DNA of 41,823 nt, taken from Octopus sinensis. Taxonomy: Eukaryota. Position 1 is the stretch's first letter. Each line of letters opens with the position of its first letter. The translations under genes were made by a program, and so were the position numbers. The DNA lies in NCBI RefSeq assembly GCF_006345805.1, contig NW_021832333.1, positions 1-41,823 on the forward strand, written 5' to 3'. The notes under the pieces are model-generated. The model was not told where the DNA came from and searched no databases. It worked only from the letters and a program-made list of their open reading frames with translations. Positions 11,386 to 23,180 of this stretch are shown here, in pieces.

Positions 11386-11643
11386 TATATATAAGGACAA
11401 AAGAAAATAGAGATAAATCAAGTAATAATTATATTCATTAATTACAAAAACAGACACAATCTCTGACAGCTGTTTCGTTTCAAACTTTAATTAAAATAAT
11501 GAAATCATTATAAAGTTGAATCTAGTCAGAAGTAGAAAAAAGATATGTCATTATATTTTTATATTTTTATGTGTTAAGTGTGCGTAGTATTAGGGATAAC
11601 CTTTGATTGATCTTATATGTATACATATATGTGTGTATGTGTC

Positions 11644-11687
<44 letters not shown>

Positions 11688-11811
11688 CACGGTGATTCAA
11701 AAGTCGCCATATATGAGAACAATTTATTTTTTTATAAGAAACAGTGTTTTTATTAACTTTTTCTTATAAAATTAATTTCTTCTTACGTGTGGTGACTTTT
11801 GAATTACCCTG
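11688..11811. mobile_element. Tc1/mariner-type MITE (124 bp) with TA TSD
   Basis: 21-bp TIRs cacggtgattcaaaagtcgcc (11688-11708) and ggtgacttttgaattaccctg (11791-11811), 3 mismatches, each flanked by TA. Confidence 0.85.
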
Positions 11812-11865
11812 TATGTATGTATGTATATTTATATATATTTGCATGTATATATATATATGTGTGTA

Positions 11866-11931
<66 letters not shown>

Positions 11932-11964
11932 AGAAAAAGAAGGCAGTCAGAATTTTGGATAATT

Positions 11965-12068
11965 CTTTATCATCGCTTTCGCTCGTTTATCGAACTCGTG
12001 AAGACAAAGTTCAAAATCATTTATTTTGTTTTGACGAGTTCGATAAACGAACGAAAGCGCCAGTAAAG
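11965..12068. repeat. Inverted repeat (35-bp arms) built from two degenerate hammerhead-like motifs
   Basis: Arms 11974-12008 and 12025-12059 are reverse complements with 3 mismatches, separated by a 16-nt spacer. Each arm reads tgacga-gttcg-ataaa-cgaRc-gaaagcg, with a broken core. Confidence 0.7.
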
Positions 12069-12310
12069 CATTATCTCACTGCCTTCTTTTTCTCAATGCA
12101 CAATATCTGCACACCACTTCAAGCACTTTATGCACACCCACAACCACATCCAAACACGCACACGCATACACATACTCCCACGCACACACAGAGACACATA
12201 CTCACACATATGTATATATATATGTGTGTGTATCTGTGTGTGTATGTGTGTGTATATATGTGTGTATGTGTGTGCGTGTGTGTGTGTGTGTGCGTGTGTT
12301 TGTGTGTGTG

Positions 12311-12512
12311 ATCTGGCAGAATCAAAAGCACGCCAAAGTTAATACTAAGCGGAATTTCGTCTGTCTTTACGTTCTGAGTTCAAATCCCGTCAAGATTGAC
12401 TTAGCCTTTCATCGTTTCAGGATCGATAAAATAAAATACAAGGTGAGTTATTGGCTCTATGTAATCGACTTTCCTCTTCCCTTCAAAATTGCTCGCCTTG
12501 TACCAAGATTCT
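12311..12512 (+). mobile_element. Family A SINE (diverged)
   Basis: ctggcagaatc...gttctgagttcaaatccc...gcctttcatcg...gatcgataaaataa...gccttgtacc. Confidence 0.8.
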
Positions 12513-13035
12513 ATGCCATGTTATTTGGTTACATCTAATCTAATTATCAATGATTGCAACATGGTGGCGCGTGATTTTCGACAAGAGCGTAAAAGGGAAT
12601 TTTTCCTTCTAATTCCCAATGACTGTTCATTTCCTGTAAGGTCCCACGTTGGCTCATTAAATGCTTCTTAGCTGTTTCGCTAAGAGCAGATAAGATAATA
12701 AGATGTTCTATTCTTCTATAGGTTTCCTTGCCAAAATGAAAGAAAACAACATTTGTATTCTACTAAAGTAAGAATGAATTGTTAGTTGAAACAGAATTAA
12801 CCAACATAGAGCAACGAAGAAGCACCCTAGTGAATTGAGTCTGCGATGCCATTTATTTAATCATTAATGCCCTTTCAGAAAAGCTTCACCTGGTCTTTAT
12901 TCCTTTGTGCAAAGTGAGAAAAAAATCGATATTAAAAGTTCGAAAGGCTTTCAAACTGTAACCAAAAAGGAAGTATAGCGAAAGCGAAGAAAAGCCAGTT
13001 TATTGTTGTTGCTTCATTTTTATTATCACCCTCAC

Positions 13036-13198
13036 TAAAGGCAGTGAGCTGGCAGGATTCTTAATAGTATTTCGCTTGTCTTTAAGGTTCCGAGTTCAAA
13101 TTCCGTCGAAGTCGACTAAATAAGAAGCAGTTGAACACTGAGGTTGATGAATCGATTTATCGCATACCTTGAAATTGTTGAGACAAAATTTGAAACCA
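13036..13198 (+). mobile_element. Family A SINE with internal deletions
   Basis: aaggcagtgagctggcag...gttccgagttcaaattccgtcgaagtcgact. Confidence 0.7.
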
Positions 13199-13231
13199 TT
13201 GTCATTGTCAGCATCACCAAAGCTGTGATCA

Positions 13232-13408
13232 AGCGGAATTCTTAACCATATTTCGCCTGTTCCTGCGTTCTGAGTTCAGATGCCATCGAGGACGACTTTG
13301 CCTTCTAGTTTTTCCTGGGTCGATGATATACGTACTAGTGGGGCACATGAGTTGATGTAACCGATTATCTCTCCTCCCACGAAATTTCATGTGCCTATAG
13401 TATAAAGG
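13232..13408 (+). mobile_element. Family A SINE (diverged)
   Basis: gcgttctgagttcagatgcc...gacgactttgcc...gggtcgat...aaatttcatgtgcctatagtataaagg. Confidence 0.7.
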
Positions 13409-13590
13409 TGGATGACATGGCCTAGTGGTTAGAACAGCGGACTCGCGGGTTCGAATCTCAGACCAGGCGATTTGTGTGTTTATGAGCGAAACACCTAAGC
13501 TCCACCTGGCTCCGGCAGAAAATAATGGCGAACGTCTGTTGTATCTATCGCGATAACTTTCTCTCGATCTTTTTTCTACAGCCACCTTTA
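13409..13590 (+). mobile_element. Family D SINE, 5' part
   Basis: acatggcctagtggttagaacagcggactcgcgggttcgaatctcagacc...gagcgaaacacctaagctccac, same subfamily as 7752-8057. Confidence 0.8.
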
Positions 13591-13608
13591 CATTCCATGA
13601 CTACCATC

Positions 13609-13785
13609 GGGATCGATCAGGTACTGGACAATGATTCTGGATAGCTTCTCCGGTTTTTTAACTTAATTTTTGAGAGCAGTCGAGTGTATTTCATATTTTC
13701 TCATTTTAAAAATCATACCCGGTTAATTGTTGAGCGGACGATGGTGTTGCCTTAGCGGAGCTTTGCGTTCTCTGATTGCTGTTGT
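13609..13785 (+). mobile_element. Helentron-type non-autonomous element (HINE), 3' part
   Basis: Aligns with the 3' half of 16584-16937 (gattctgga...ttaatttttgagagcagtcgag...ggtgttgccttagcggag...gcgttctctgattgc). Confidence 0.7.
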
Positions 13786-13826
13786 TACTATTCTTATTGT
13801 TGTTGTTGCTATTGTTATCAACATTA

Positions 13827-13955
13827 AATTCCGCCGATGTCGACTTGGCCTTCCATCGTTTCGGGGTCAATAGAATAAGTACCAGTTGAATACTGCGGTC
13901 GATGTAATCGACAAGCCTCCTCCCTCAAAATTTCAGGCCTAGTGCCTACAGTTAA
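13827..13955 (+). mobile_element. Family A SINE, 3' part
   Basis: aaattccgccgatgtcgacttggccttccatcgtttcggggtc...caaaatttcaggcctagtgcc. Confidence 0.8.
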
Positions 13956-14734
13956 AAATATTTGTATTTTCATTACTATTATTATCATCATGATCATTAC
14001 TTTTGTTGTTATTTGTTGTTATATTTTAGTTATTAACGTTATTATTAATAGTAGTACATTTAGTAGTATCTCCTTTTATGTCTTTTTATCACCTTTTATC
14101 TTTATTTTCATCTTGGTTGAAGAGTTAGCTTTGGTGGTTGGTTTCTTAGAATAACAATATATATTTTTTATTCCTGTGTAGTATTTATTGATTAATACAG
14201 CCTTCATCTTCGATCAAGTGAAGGCAACAGTCAGATCAACGTTTTTTCTTTTCTTCTGTACTTTGCTGTTTATTTATCATTTTTATTTACTTTCACTTTC
14301 GTTTTTTACCGCAAGGATTCTATTTCTGTTTCATTCCGCACAACGTTATAATAATTCCGTAGGACATTTATATTTTGAATAAACCTCACGTCAGTGATGC
14401 TTGTTGATTTTTTATATCATTCTTCTTTTATTTAATTTATATATTTGCTCAGTTCTTGCTTTTTTTTATATATGAACACAATGTCTTCTATAGTCGATAA
14501 GGCATCGGTATACTGACTCGTGGATCAAGATTTTGCATCTCAAAGTAGGATTTCTATTGTATTGCTCTGCGAGATATCCATCCATAAACATATCTTTCCC
14601 CACAACCAAATCAAAAGCTTCATGTTCTTTGTAAGGATTTATTGTTGTCGATATTTTCATGTCATGCCTCTCGTTTATGCAATCTTTGATTATGTCAAGT
14701 CGAATGCTTACCATTTTTTATAAATGGCTATGGG

Positions 14735-15069
14735 TGATACATGCATATATATATATATACATATATATAAATACTTGGAGAAAAGAAAAGAAACGATACA
14801 TATATATATATATAATATATATATATTATAATATATATATGTATATATATATGTATATATATATATATGTATGCATATATATATATGATGCATATATATT
14901 ATGATATATATATATATTATATATATATGCATATATAGTATATATATGTATATGTATATATATATATTGCGCGTGTGCATGTAACACATACAAATCTGTG
15001 TGTGTATATTTATATATACATATACATATATATACGTATATACACATGTATACATATATACATATATAT

Positions 15070-15105
<36 letters not shown>

Positions 15106-15130
15106 ATATATATATAAATATATAGTAATA

Positions 15131-15181
<51 letters not shown>

Positions 15182-15190
15182 TATTTACAT
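14735..15190. repeat. (TA)n-rich microsatellite
   Basis: Directly visible. Confidence 0.95.
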
Positions 15191-15690
15191 ATTTATTATA
15201 TTGTGATTGATGTTGCAGGTTTATAACTAATGGGCATAAGTTAAAGAGCGACTGAACGTTAACCGATGTAGAAATCTATACAAATAGTGTCGAGGTAGGT
15301 GAATAGTTAGTGTCAATATCGATGTATGCACATGGTCGATCTCTCTGCCAGAAATGACAACTTCATCTGTTATAAATCCTACACAAACTCTTAAAAACAC
15401 CTGCACTGGATGTTGTAACACCGAATACATGATGCCTGACAAATGTGGCTAGAATTCGTAGTTCACACTCACTTAAAAGTAGCCGATAATCGTATATAAT
15501 TTACATGTGTATTCTCTCCTATAATCACATCTATAACTATGGGTTAGTAAACTGTCTACTGCTAGCAACATATATAAATACATAAAAATATACCGCAGTA
15601 ATTAGCTACAAATATACAGAGGAGCGAAACAATTGGCGTTTTGTCACGAATCATTTTATTTAACAAAATATGTATTCGAATAATATCACA

Positions 15691-16275
15691 CTGCTGGTAG
15701 GTCTTGACAGATACGTTTATATCGATTGGGACAGATACGTTTATATCAATGAGGAGGCATGTTTTTTGTCTGAAGTCTTTCAATATGATGTCTGGCCTAT
15801 TCACATCTATCTCTGTGTCAGTTTGAATGGTGAAGTTCCAGAGGAGTGAGATGTGGTCGTTTTCAAGCACTGGAGGTGGTTTGTGTTCTCACCAGTTTTT
15901 ATCATCGGGCAAGTCCAGGCTTTTACAAATTACCCAGTGAATATATTGTGCAGCTCTATCATGCCTGTTGAGATACTCTGTAGGTGCAAGAAGACTGCAC
16001 TTGGAGACAACATGATCAATGGTTTCATTTTGTTGTTGACATACACGACATGTTGGGCTACTGCCGTTCTTTAATATGTTGGCCTGGTAGTTCCTTGTAG
16101 GTAGACATTGATCTTGAGCTGCTATGATAAACCCTTCTGTTTCAGATTTTAAGCCAGAGGCCATTAACCATTGTTGTGTCAGGGCTTTGTCAACATCTGC
16201 ATTATTCGCTCTCTTTGGGTATTTGCCATTGCGAGGTTTTTCTTGCCGTTTATCAATCAGAATATCTAAGACAGC
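15691..16275 (-). mobile_element. R4/Dong-clade non-LTR retrotransposon relic (CCHC finger + restriction-like endonuclease), truncated at both ends
   Basis: Translation QEKPRNGKYP...WLMASGLKSETEGFIIAAQDQCLPTRNY...CRVCQQQNETIDHVVSKC (CCHC)...RHD...IHWVIC...W*EHKPPPVLEND...LWNFTIQTD...NRPDIILKD...LIDINVSVP (PD..D RLE motif). One internal TGA at 15889-15891. Confidence 0.92.
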
Positions 16276-16277
16276 AA

Positions 16278-16278
<1 letters not shown>

Positions 16279-16341
<63 letters not shown>

Positions 16342-16368
16342 CATCATCATTATTATTATCATTATCAT
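16279..16368. repeat. (ATT)n/(ATC)n microsatellite
   Basis: Directly visible between the R4 relic and a family A SINE. Confidence 0.95.
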
Positions 16369-16371
16369 TAA

Positions 16372-16583
16372 GGCGGCTAGCTGGCAGAATCGCCAGCACA
16401 TTGGGTTATATGCTCAGTTCTGAGTTCAAAAGAACGTTCTCAGTTCAAATACCGCCGGGGCCGACTTTACCTTTCATCCTTCTCGGGGTCGATAAATTAA
16501 GTACCAGTTACGCATTGGTGTCGAAGTATGGACTAGTCCCCCTCTCGAAGAAATTTCAGACCTTGTGCCTGTAGTAGAAAGGA
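16372..16583 (+). mobile_element. Family A SINE
   Basis: ggcggctagctggcagaatc...ttctgagttcaaa (locally duplicated)...gactttacctttcatcc...ccttgtgcctgtagtagaaaggattatt. Confidence 0.85.
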
Positions 16584-16937
16584 TTATTACTTTTGCTTTA
16601 GCGAAGGTGGAGGTATTGTTTTCAGTCGTGTTTGTTTGTTTGTTTGACAGTGGACAAGATATCTTAAGAACCGCTGGGTGGATCTCGATGAAACTTTCAG
16701 GGATGTTTGGCCTTGTAACTAACTCGAATTGATCTAGTTGCGGACAAAGATTCTGGATTATTTTTCCTGTTTTTATACTTAAATTTTGAAAGCGGTCGGG
16801 TTTATTTTTAGTATTCTCGTTTGTGAGAGCGGTCGAGTTTATTTCAGATATTCTCGTTTTAAAAATCGACTCCGGCTAATATCTGAGTGGACGTTGGTGT
16901 TGCCTTGCGAGAGGTTTGAGCTCTCTTAGTGCTCTTG
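16584..16937 (+). mobile_element. Helentron-type non-autonomous element (HINE/DINE-1-like)
   Basis: 5' ttattac...gctttagcgaaggtggagg (degenerate subterminal inverted repeat/hairpin), internal (TTTG)n, 3' gccttgcgagaggtttgagctctcttagtgctcttg (subTIR + terminal hairpin), T-rich insertion site. Confidence 0.7.
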
Positions 16938-17489
16938 ATGTTATTATTATTATTATTATTATTGTTGTTGTTGTTGTTGTTGTTATTGTTGCTGTTTGTA
17001 TATTTATTTATCGTCTACTTTACAGTTCAGTATAATCTATTATTTAAATATACACTACACAGTATTCACCAAAACTGTCTACAGCAATACATTGCTGCAG
17101 TTTATACCTCCAGTACTATTTACGGAACCATTATCTTTTACTACTGTTAATGCCACCGAGAGAATATAAACGAAAGAAACATTGATATCATAACCATTCC
17201 ATTAGCTGCATATAGTTTAAAAATAACTCCCGCACCCCAGGCACGCAAAGAATACGTCTCTCCGTTTCCACACTCGGTATAATACACATAAATTGACCGT
17301 ATTTTAAGTAAATTGTTATTCAACTGAATACTTTGGTAATTATAATAGATTCTATTATATTTTTTCTGTTTTCTTTAACGTTCGGTTTTCATTCACGAAT
17401 CTATATAATAGGAAATATTTATGTATGAAATTGAATTTCGATGTTTTGTTAACAAAAGGCCAATTACATGTTCTGTGTGCGGATACATA

Positions 17490-17511
17490 TGTATAGATAT
17501 ATGTGTGTATG

Positions 17512-17544
<33 letters not shown>

Positions 17545-17559
17545 ATATATATATATAAT

Positions 17560-17607
<48 letters not shown>

Positions 17608-17660
17608 TATATATATATATATTTATATATAATAGTATATATATATATATATTATATATA

Positions 17661-17693
<33 letters not shown>

Positions 17694-17800
17694 GATATTA
17701 TATATAGATTTATATATATATAGAATTATATATTATATATATATATTATATAATATTTATAATATAGGATAGAATTAATATATTTAGATATATATATATA
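17490..17800. repeat. (TA)n microsatellite
   Basis: Directly visible. Confidence 0.95.
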
Positions 17801-18097
17801 TTACGATATTAATGTGAATGTGTTTATGCTCACGCACAGAAATATGTTCATATGGTTATACATATGCCTGCATGTGTGTATGTATGCATATATGTATGTG
17901 TGTATGGATATTTATGTGCATAGCGTATAATATTTTTATATAATTTTAATTTAAACCTGCGTGTATATATATTATATATATATGCATACACACGTGTGTG
18001 TATGTGTATACACACGCAGATTTATATTCTTATAATATATATAATGCATATATTTTACAATATGCATACGAACATTATATGTGTATATGTATATAAT

Positions 18098-18245
18098 AGG
18101 GAGAGACAGACAAAGAGAGAGAGCGAGAGAGACAGAGATAGAGACATGGAGAGTGAGAGAGATTGAAAGAGAGTGAGAGAGAGTGAGAGAGGGTGGTAGA
18201 GAGAGAGAGTGAGAGAGAGCGATAGAGAGAGAGAGATTGAGAGAG
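18098..18245. repeat. Degenerate (GA)n microsatellite
   Basis: Directly visible. Confidence 0.9.
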
Positions 18246-18604
18246 GCATTCACTCACATTTACATGCATTGTCTATTTCATAATCTTTTTACAAATAAAT
18301 ATAGTGTCATCATTTTTCAATTGAAAATTTCGACTGTGAATGGATTATAGGCAATTTGCAAACAAGGGAACAGCATTGTATGCACGCGTGTGTGTAATAT
18401 ATTGTGTGTGAGCGTGTGTGTGTATGCTACAATATGAGGTCTATTTGACTTTTCATTTATCTACCTTTTGATGTTGGGGAGGATTTAACCGATATTTCTA
18501 CTTTAAGTTGAAAATCTCACATTAAATATATTCAGGCATACACACACACACACACGCACACACATAAATATATAAGCGTGTAGATTGTGAATAGAATATA
18601 TATG

Positions 18605-18642
<38 letters not shown>

Positions 18643-19075
18643 TGTATGTATGTATGTATGTATATATGTTTATACATACACACGTAATTAATAGTTGTCA
18701 ATTGTGGAAAAACGACCGTCACTACATAAACTTGACGATGGCGTAACGCATGAAAGTACTAGTTTTTTCAATATTCTCAAGCTGTAAACAAACATTCTAA
18801 ATAATAAAATGTGAAAACCAGTTAGAATTTCATTAATTAATATATACATAAATATATATATTAATAATATCAAGGATAACAAGAAATATTAGAAATGTCT
18901 ACTACCAGTAGCCTAGGGTGTAAAAGTTTAGCCAATAGACTATATATTATTCATATAAATACAGTGTACATTTAAACACATAAGAAGTATCCATCATAGG
19001 ACACCTAGCGTGCAAGGGGTCCTCTGATATTTAAATGTACACTGTATTACACACACACACGCACACACACACACA

Positions 19076-19156
<81 letters not shown>

Positions 19157-19878
19157 AGATGTGTTATAATCCTATTCCCAGCCCATACCAATAATCCAAT
19201 ATACCGCCATCATCAGCTGCCCCACGAATATCATTATGGTTTCGACACCTGAAGAGTAGCATTCAATCTGGCGATGTCAACAGCACTAAAAAAAGTGTTG
19301 TTTGGGAACAAACAAGGAGAAGGAACCACAAGTTTCAAACACATTTAGACAATGTACAACCGTATCGATAAATAAATTCCATAAGTAAATGACATCCCCT
19401 CCTAAATACGTAACTAAACAGCGACAACTCTATTAAGTCATAAGAAAATTATAATCCCTAAAGTCTTCCGTACTTTAATATAAAAGTAAAGCTTAATAAG
19501 CACATTATTTCAATCAATCAATTCATAGGCAGGATTAAACACTAGCCTTACTAAACCTACAACAAGAGATATTTAAACCAACAAATTGTATCGGTATAAA
19601 TAATAAACTGCATCAACTAAATTATATGCTAAATTGCGATCCATCTTGAAGTGCATATAAATAATAATCCCACCGGTCTTTCATAGATATTACTATGATG
19701 AATGATCAAAACTTACAATTTTTTTTCCCAAACAAAACACGATTGAAATTAATTTAATATTTCTATGAGTGAAATATATTATTTCATCATTCAAAAGTTA
19801 ATAATAAAACACTTCATACTCCTTAACATATCACTACAAGTTATAATATTAAATTACCAGTGACTAATATTTACTTAA

Positions 19879-20098
19879 CCCTTTAGTGTTTAAACCGGCC
19901 ATATCAGGCCAAAATTGTGTCCATGTTTTATGCTCAAACCAGCCAGCTCTGACCTCTCACACCTACCCTACAAAGTCATTCTAAAGATAAACAGGGTCAT
20001 CATCAAAATTTCAGAGTTACAAGATGCTGTACAATTAATTTAAAACAATGTGTTTAAACAGACTTTACATCTGACAGAGTAATCTGAATGCTAAAAGG
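19879..20098. mobile_element. piggyBac-type MITE (220 bp) with TTAA TSD
   Basis: TTAA at 19875-19878 and 20099-20102; ends ccctttagtgtt / aatgctaaaagg form imperfect TIRs. Confidence 0.75.
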
Positions 20099-20400
20099 TT
20101 AAATTTCATTACATAGGGACTAATAAAAGTACTTGTAACAAACTAATATTATGAACCTTGCTAATTTTAAAACTAATTAAACTGTTTAAAAGACAATAAA
20201 ACTAATCAAAAACAATAAAACTACAAGTATTAAAACTAAGAGTATTAACCCTTACATATTTAATCAGAAACCCGGCTCCCTCACCAAGAGCAACTAAATA
20301 TTGATGACGTAGTGCGTAAGTACCCCATTCTCAATTGTCCCAATACCGGTGACGTAGTAAGCAATTAACTCGAACCGTATGTATATATATATATCATTTA

Positions 20401-20697
20401 TGCGCCTTTTGCAAACCTAGCCAGGCTCATGGGCTCGGTTTCCCGGTTTCTATGGCGTATGTGTTCCCCCCAGCTGGACGGGACGCCAGTCCATCGCAGA
20501 GTTACTCAAGAAACGGGAAGAAAGATTGAGAGAAAGTTGGGGCGAAGGAGTACAACATGGGTCACCACCACCCCCTGCCGGAACGTCGTGGAGCTTTAGT
20601 TCGCTCAATAAACACACACAACACTCGGTCTGGGAATCGAAACCGCGATTCTACGACCGGTAGTCCGCTTCCCTAACCACGGGCCATTGCACCTCCA
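20401..20697 (-). mobile_element. Family D SINE (second subfamily), full length
   Basis: Minus strand ggaggtgcaatggcccgtggttagggaagcgg...gtttcgattccc; ctgcgatggactggcgtcccgtccag (20474-20499) resembles the V-SINE domain as I recall it; tail agaaaccgggaaacc... Confidence 0.9.
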
Positions 20698-20738
20698 GTA
20701 TATATCTATCATCTAATATATATATATATACATATATA

Positions 20739-20814
<76 letters not shown>

Positions 20815-20919
20815 ACATATTATATATATATATATCTCTGTGGTGTGTATATACATCCATACACTCGGTCCGCTTGGTATTGAATCCTGGAACATCCATG
20901 TCGTGAGTGGAGGCGGATA

Positions 20920-20985
20920 CATCTACCACCACTCGTTTGGTACTCATTTCAGCTGAATACGTGGAAGCAATGTGAAGCCATTTGT
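20920..20985 (-). mobile_element. Decayed Meta-domain-like SINE fragment
   Basis: ggtactcatttcagctgaatacgtggaagcaatgtgaa is the reverse complement of the family C core motif. Confidence 0.4.
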
Positions 20986-21259
20986 CTATGAATACAGATA
21001 GAGAGAGATGGATAGATCACTTTCACTGAATCAACATGCATTCATCAGGATAATTATTCTTCATTAAGAGAAAGACATGCATTTCTTATACAACCATGTC
21101 TTTATTTTAATTTTATATAAACTTAATTTCTGAATTGTTCCTTTTCTTCTCAGTATTCTTTCATCTTTTACTAAAATTCGTAATTTAAATAAATAACATT
21201 CCAACTTATTTTCTATATTTCAAGGTCTTTGTGACATTGGATTGAAAATAAAAACATAT

Positions 21260-21405
21260 TATTACTGTTGTGGTTGTTGTTGCTGTTGCTATTGTTATTA
21301 TCATCATCATAATCATCATCATCATAATCATCATCATCATTATCTTTATCATAACAAAAACGTTAAAAATAATAGTAATAATAATAATAATCCTTCTTTT
21401 TATTA

Positions 21406-21465
<60 letters not shown>

Positions 21466-21527
21466 TACTATCGTTGTTGTTTCTACTATTATTATTATCA
21501 TTACTACTGTTATTATTTTTATAATTA

Positions 21528-21606
<79 letters not shown>

Positions 21607-21672
21607 CCTTATTATTATTATTATTACTATTACTATCGTTGTTGCTGTTATTATTATTATTATCATTTTTAA

Positions 21673-21736
<64 letters not shown>

Positions 21737-21771
21737 GTCATTATTATTATTATTAATAATAATAATAATAA

Positions 21772-21802
<31 letters not shown>

Positions 21803-21890
21803 GTAATAATAACAATAACAATAATAATAATAATAATAATAATGATATTAATAATAATAATAATAATAATAAATAATAATATTGCTATCT
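21260..21890. repeat. Long trinucleotide array: (CAT)n, (ATT)n, then a strand switch to (AAT)n at ~21757
   Basis: Directly visible; source of the poly-Ile ORFs. Confidence 0.95.
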
Positions 21891-22229
21891 TCCTTCGCAT
21901 CTTAATAGAAAGTTAAACAATAATTTATGAGAGAGAATAACTGATCTTTCAAGATGGAGTTAATCAATACCGCCATCGTTCTCTTGATAATTTTAAAGAT
22001 GTTTTCAAATTATTCCTATGCGATGTGGATATTTTCGTTAACTCTCCTTTTTCAAACGTTTCCATCGTATTGATTTGCCGCTATAATTGCTAAGGCTTAA
22101 TTTAACCTCTTTATTCAGATTCTTTACTCCCCGCTTCTGTTATTTTCGTAAACTCCTATTTATTTATAGAAAAATGAATTTGCTGGAGCAGGCAGGGATC
22201 ATTTGAAACCAGAGTGTTTAAGGTTCATT

Positions 22230-22345
22230 CCCACTGCGTGGCATATTGGGTTAGTGTCTGCTACTATAGGCCCCACGGGACGACATTTGCTTCGTGAGCG
22301 GGTTTGAAAAGTTGGAAACTGCATGAAAGCCCGTTGCGTATAAAT
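22230..22345 (+). mobile_element. Decayed family B SINE 5' half
   Basis: ggttcattcccactgcgtggc...ctactatag...ggaaactgcatgaaagcccgt, followed by TG/TA repeats. Confidence 0.6.
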
Positions 22346-22448
22346 GTGTATGAGTGTGTGCCTGTATGCGTTTGTGTGTTTGAGTGTTTTTGTGTGTATG
22401 TTTGTGCGTATGTATATGTATTTATATGTATGTGTGTATATATATATA

Positions 22449-22489
<41 letters not shown>

Positions 22490-22680
22490 TAACAATTTTC
22501 CTGTAACAAGTGGATTATAAGTGGATAAATCAGTGTATTGGCTTTAGAATAACCTTCTTTAGCCCCAAATTATAGATATATATAGATATATATATATATA
22601 TATATATATAGCTGCTCAATATATAGATAGATAGATAGATTAGATAGATAGATAGATAGATAGATAGATATAGATATGAA

Positions 22681-23095
22681 AGGAGTGGCTGTGACGTAAG
22701 AAGCTAGCAACATGGTTCCGTCTCAGTCCCACTGCGTGGCACCTTGAGCAAATGTTTTCTGCTATAGCGTCGGGCCGACTGAAGTCTTGTGAATAGATTT
22801 TGTAGGCGGAAACTTAAATAAGCTCGACGTATATTATACATGCATACACACACACATATATATATGTATGTATGTATTTGTGTGCCTGTGTTTTTCCTTC
22901 CACCATCACTTGACAACCGACGGCGGTGTATTTACGCGTCGTAACATAGAGGTTCGGCAAAAAAAAAAAACGATAGAATAAGTCCTAGGCTTACAAAGAA
23001 TATGATCTGTGGTCGATTTGCTCGACTAAAGGCGGTGATCCAGCATGGACGCAGGCAACTGACTGAAACAAGCAAGAGAATAAAAGTATAAAAGG
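22681..23095 (+). mobile_element. Family B SINE, full length
   Basis: ggagtggctgtg...cccactgcgtggcaccttgagc..., internal microsatellite, ...ttgacaaccga...cgactaaaggcggtgatccagcatgg...gactgaaacaag. Confidence 0.9.
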
Positions 23096-23180
23096 ATATA
23101 CATATGTGTGTATCTGCTTGTGTACTTGTGTATTATATCTAGCTGGGAAACATATGTAGCCTGGATTTTATCTATATATC

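Noticed and set aside
11461-11480. gaaacagctgtc (minus) PLE-like stem III motif; a similar motif lies at 23650-23665
   Set aside because: No CUGANGA core or stem II found; possibly decayed pseudo-LTRs but not supportable.
14466-14714. ORF as a GIY-YIG C-terminus
   Set aside because: Only vague resemblance (KILIHESVYRCL); no YIG motif or other anchors.
21031-21100. Minus-strand CTGATGAA with upstream GAAATGCATGTC
   Set aside because: No stem II followed by GAAA after the core.
21242-21916. 224-aa poly-Ile ORF
   Set aside because: (ATT)n/(AAT)n microsatellite.
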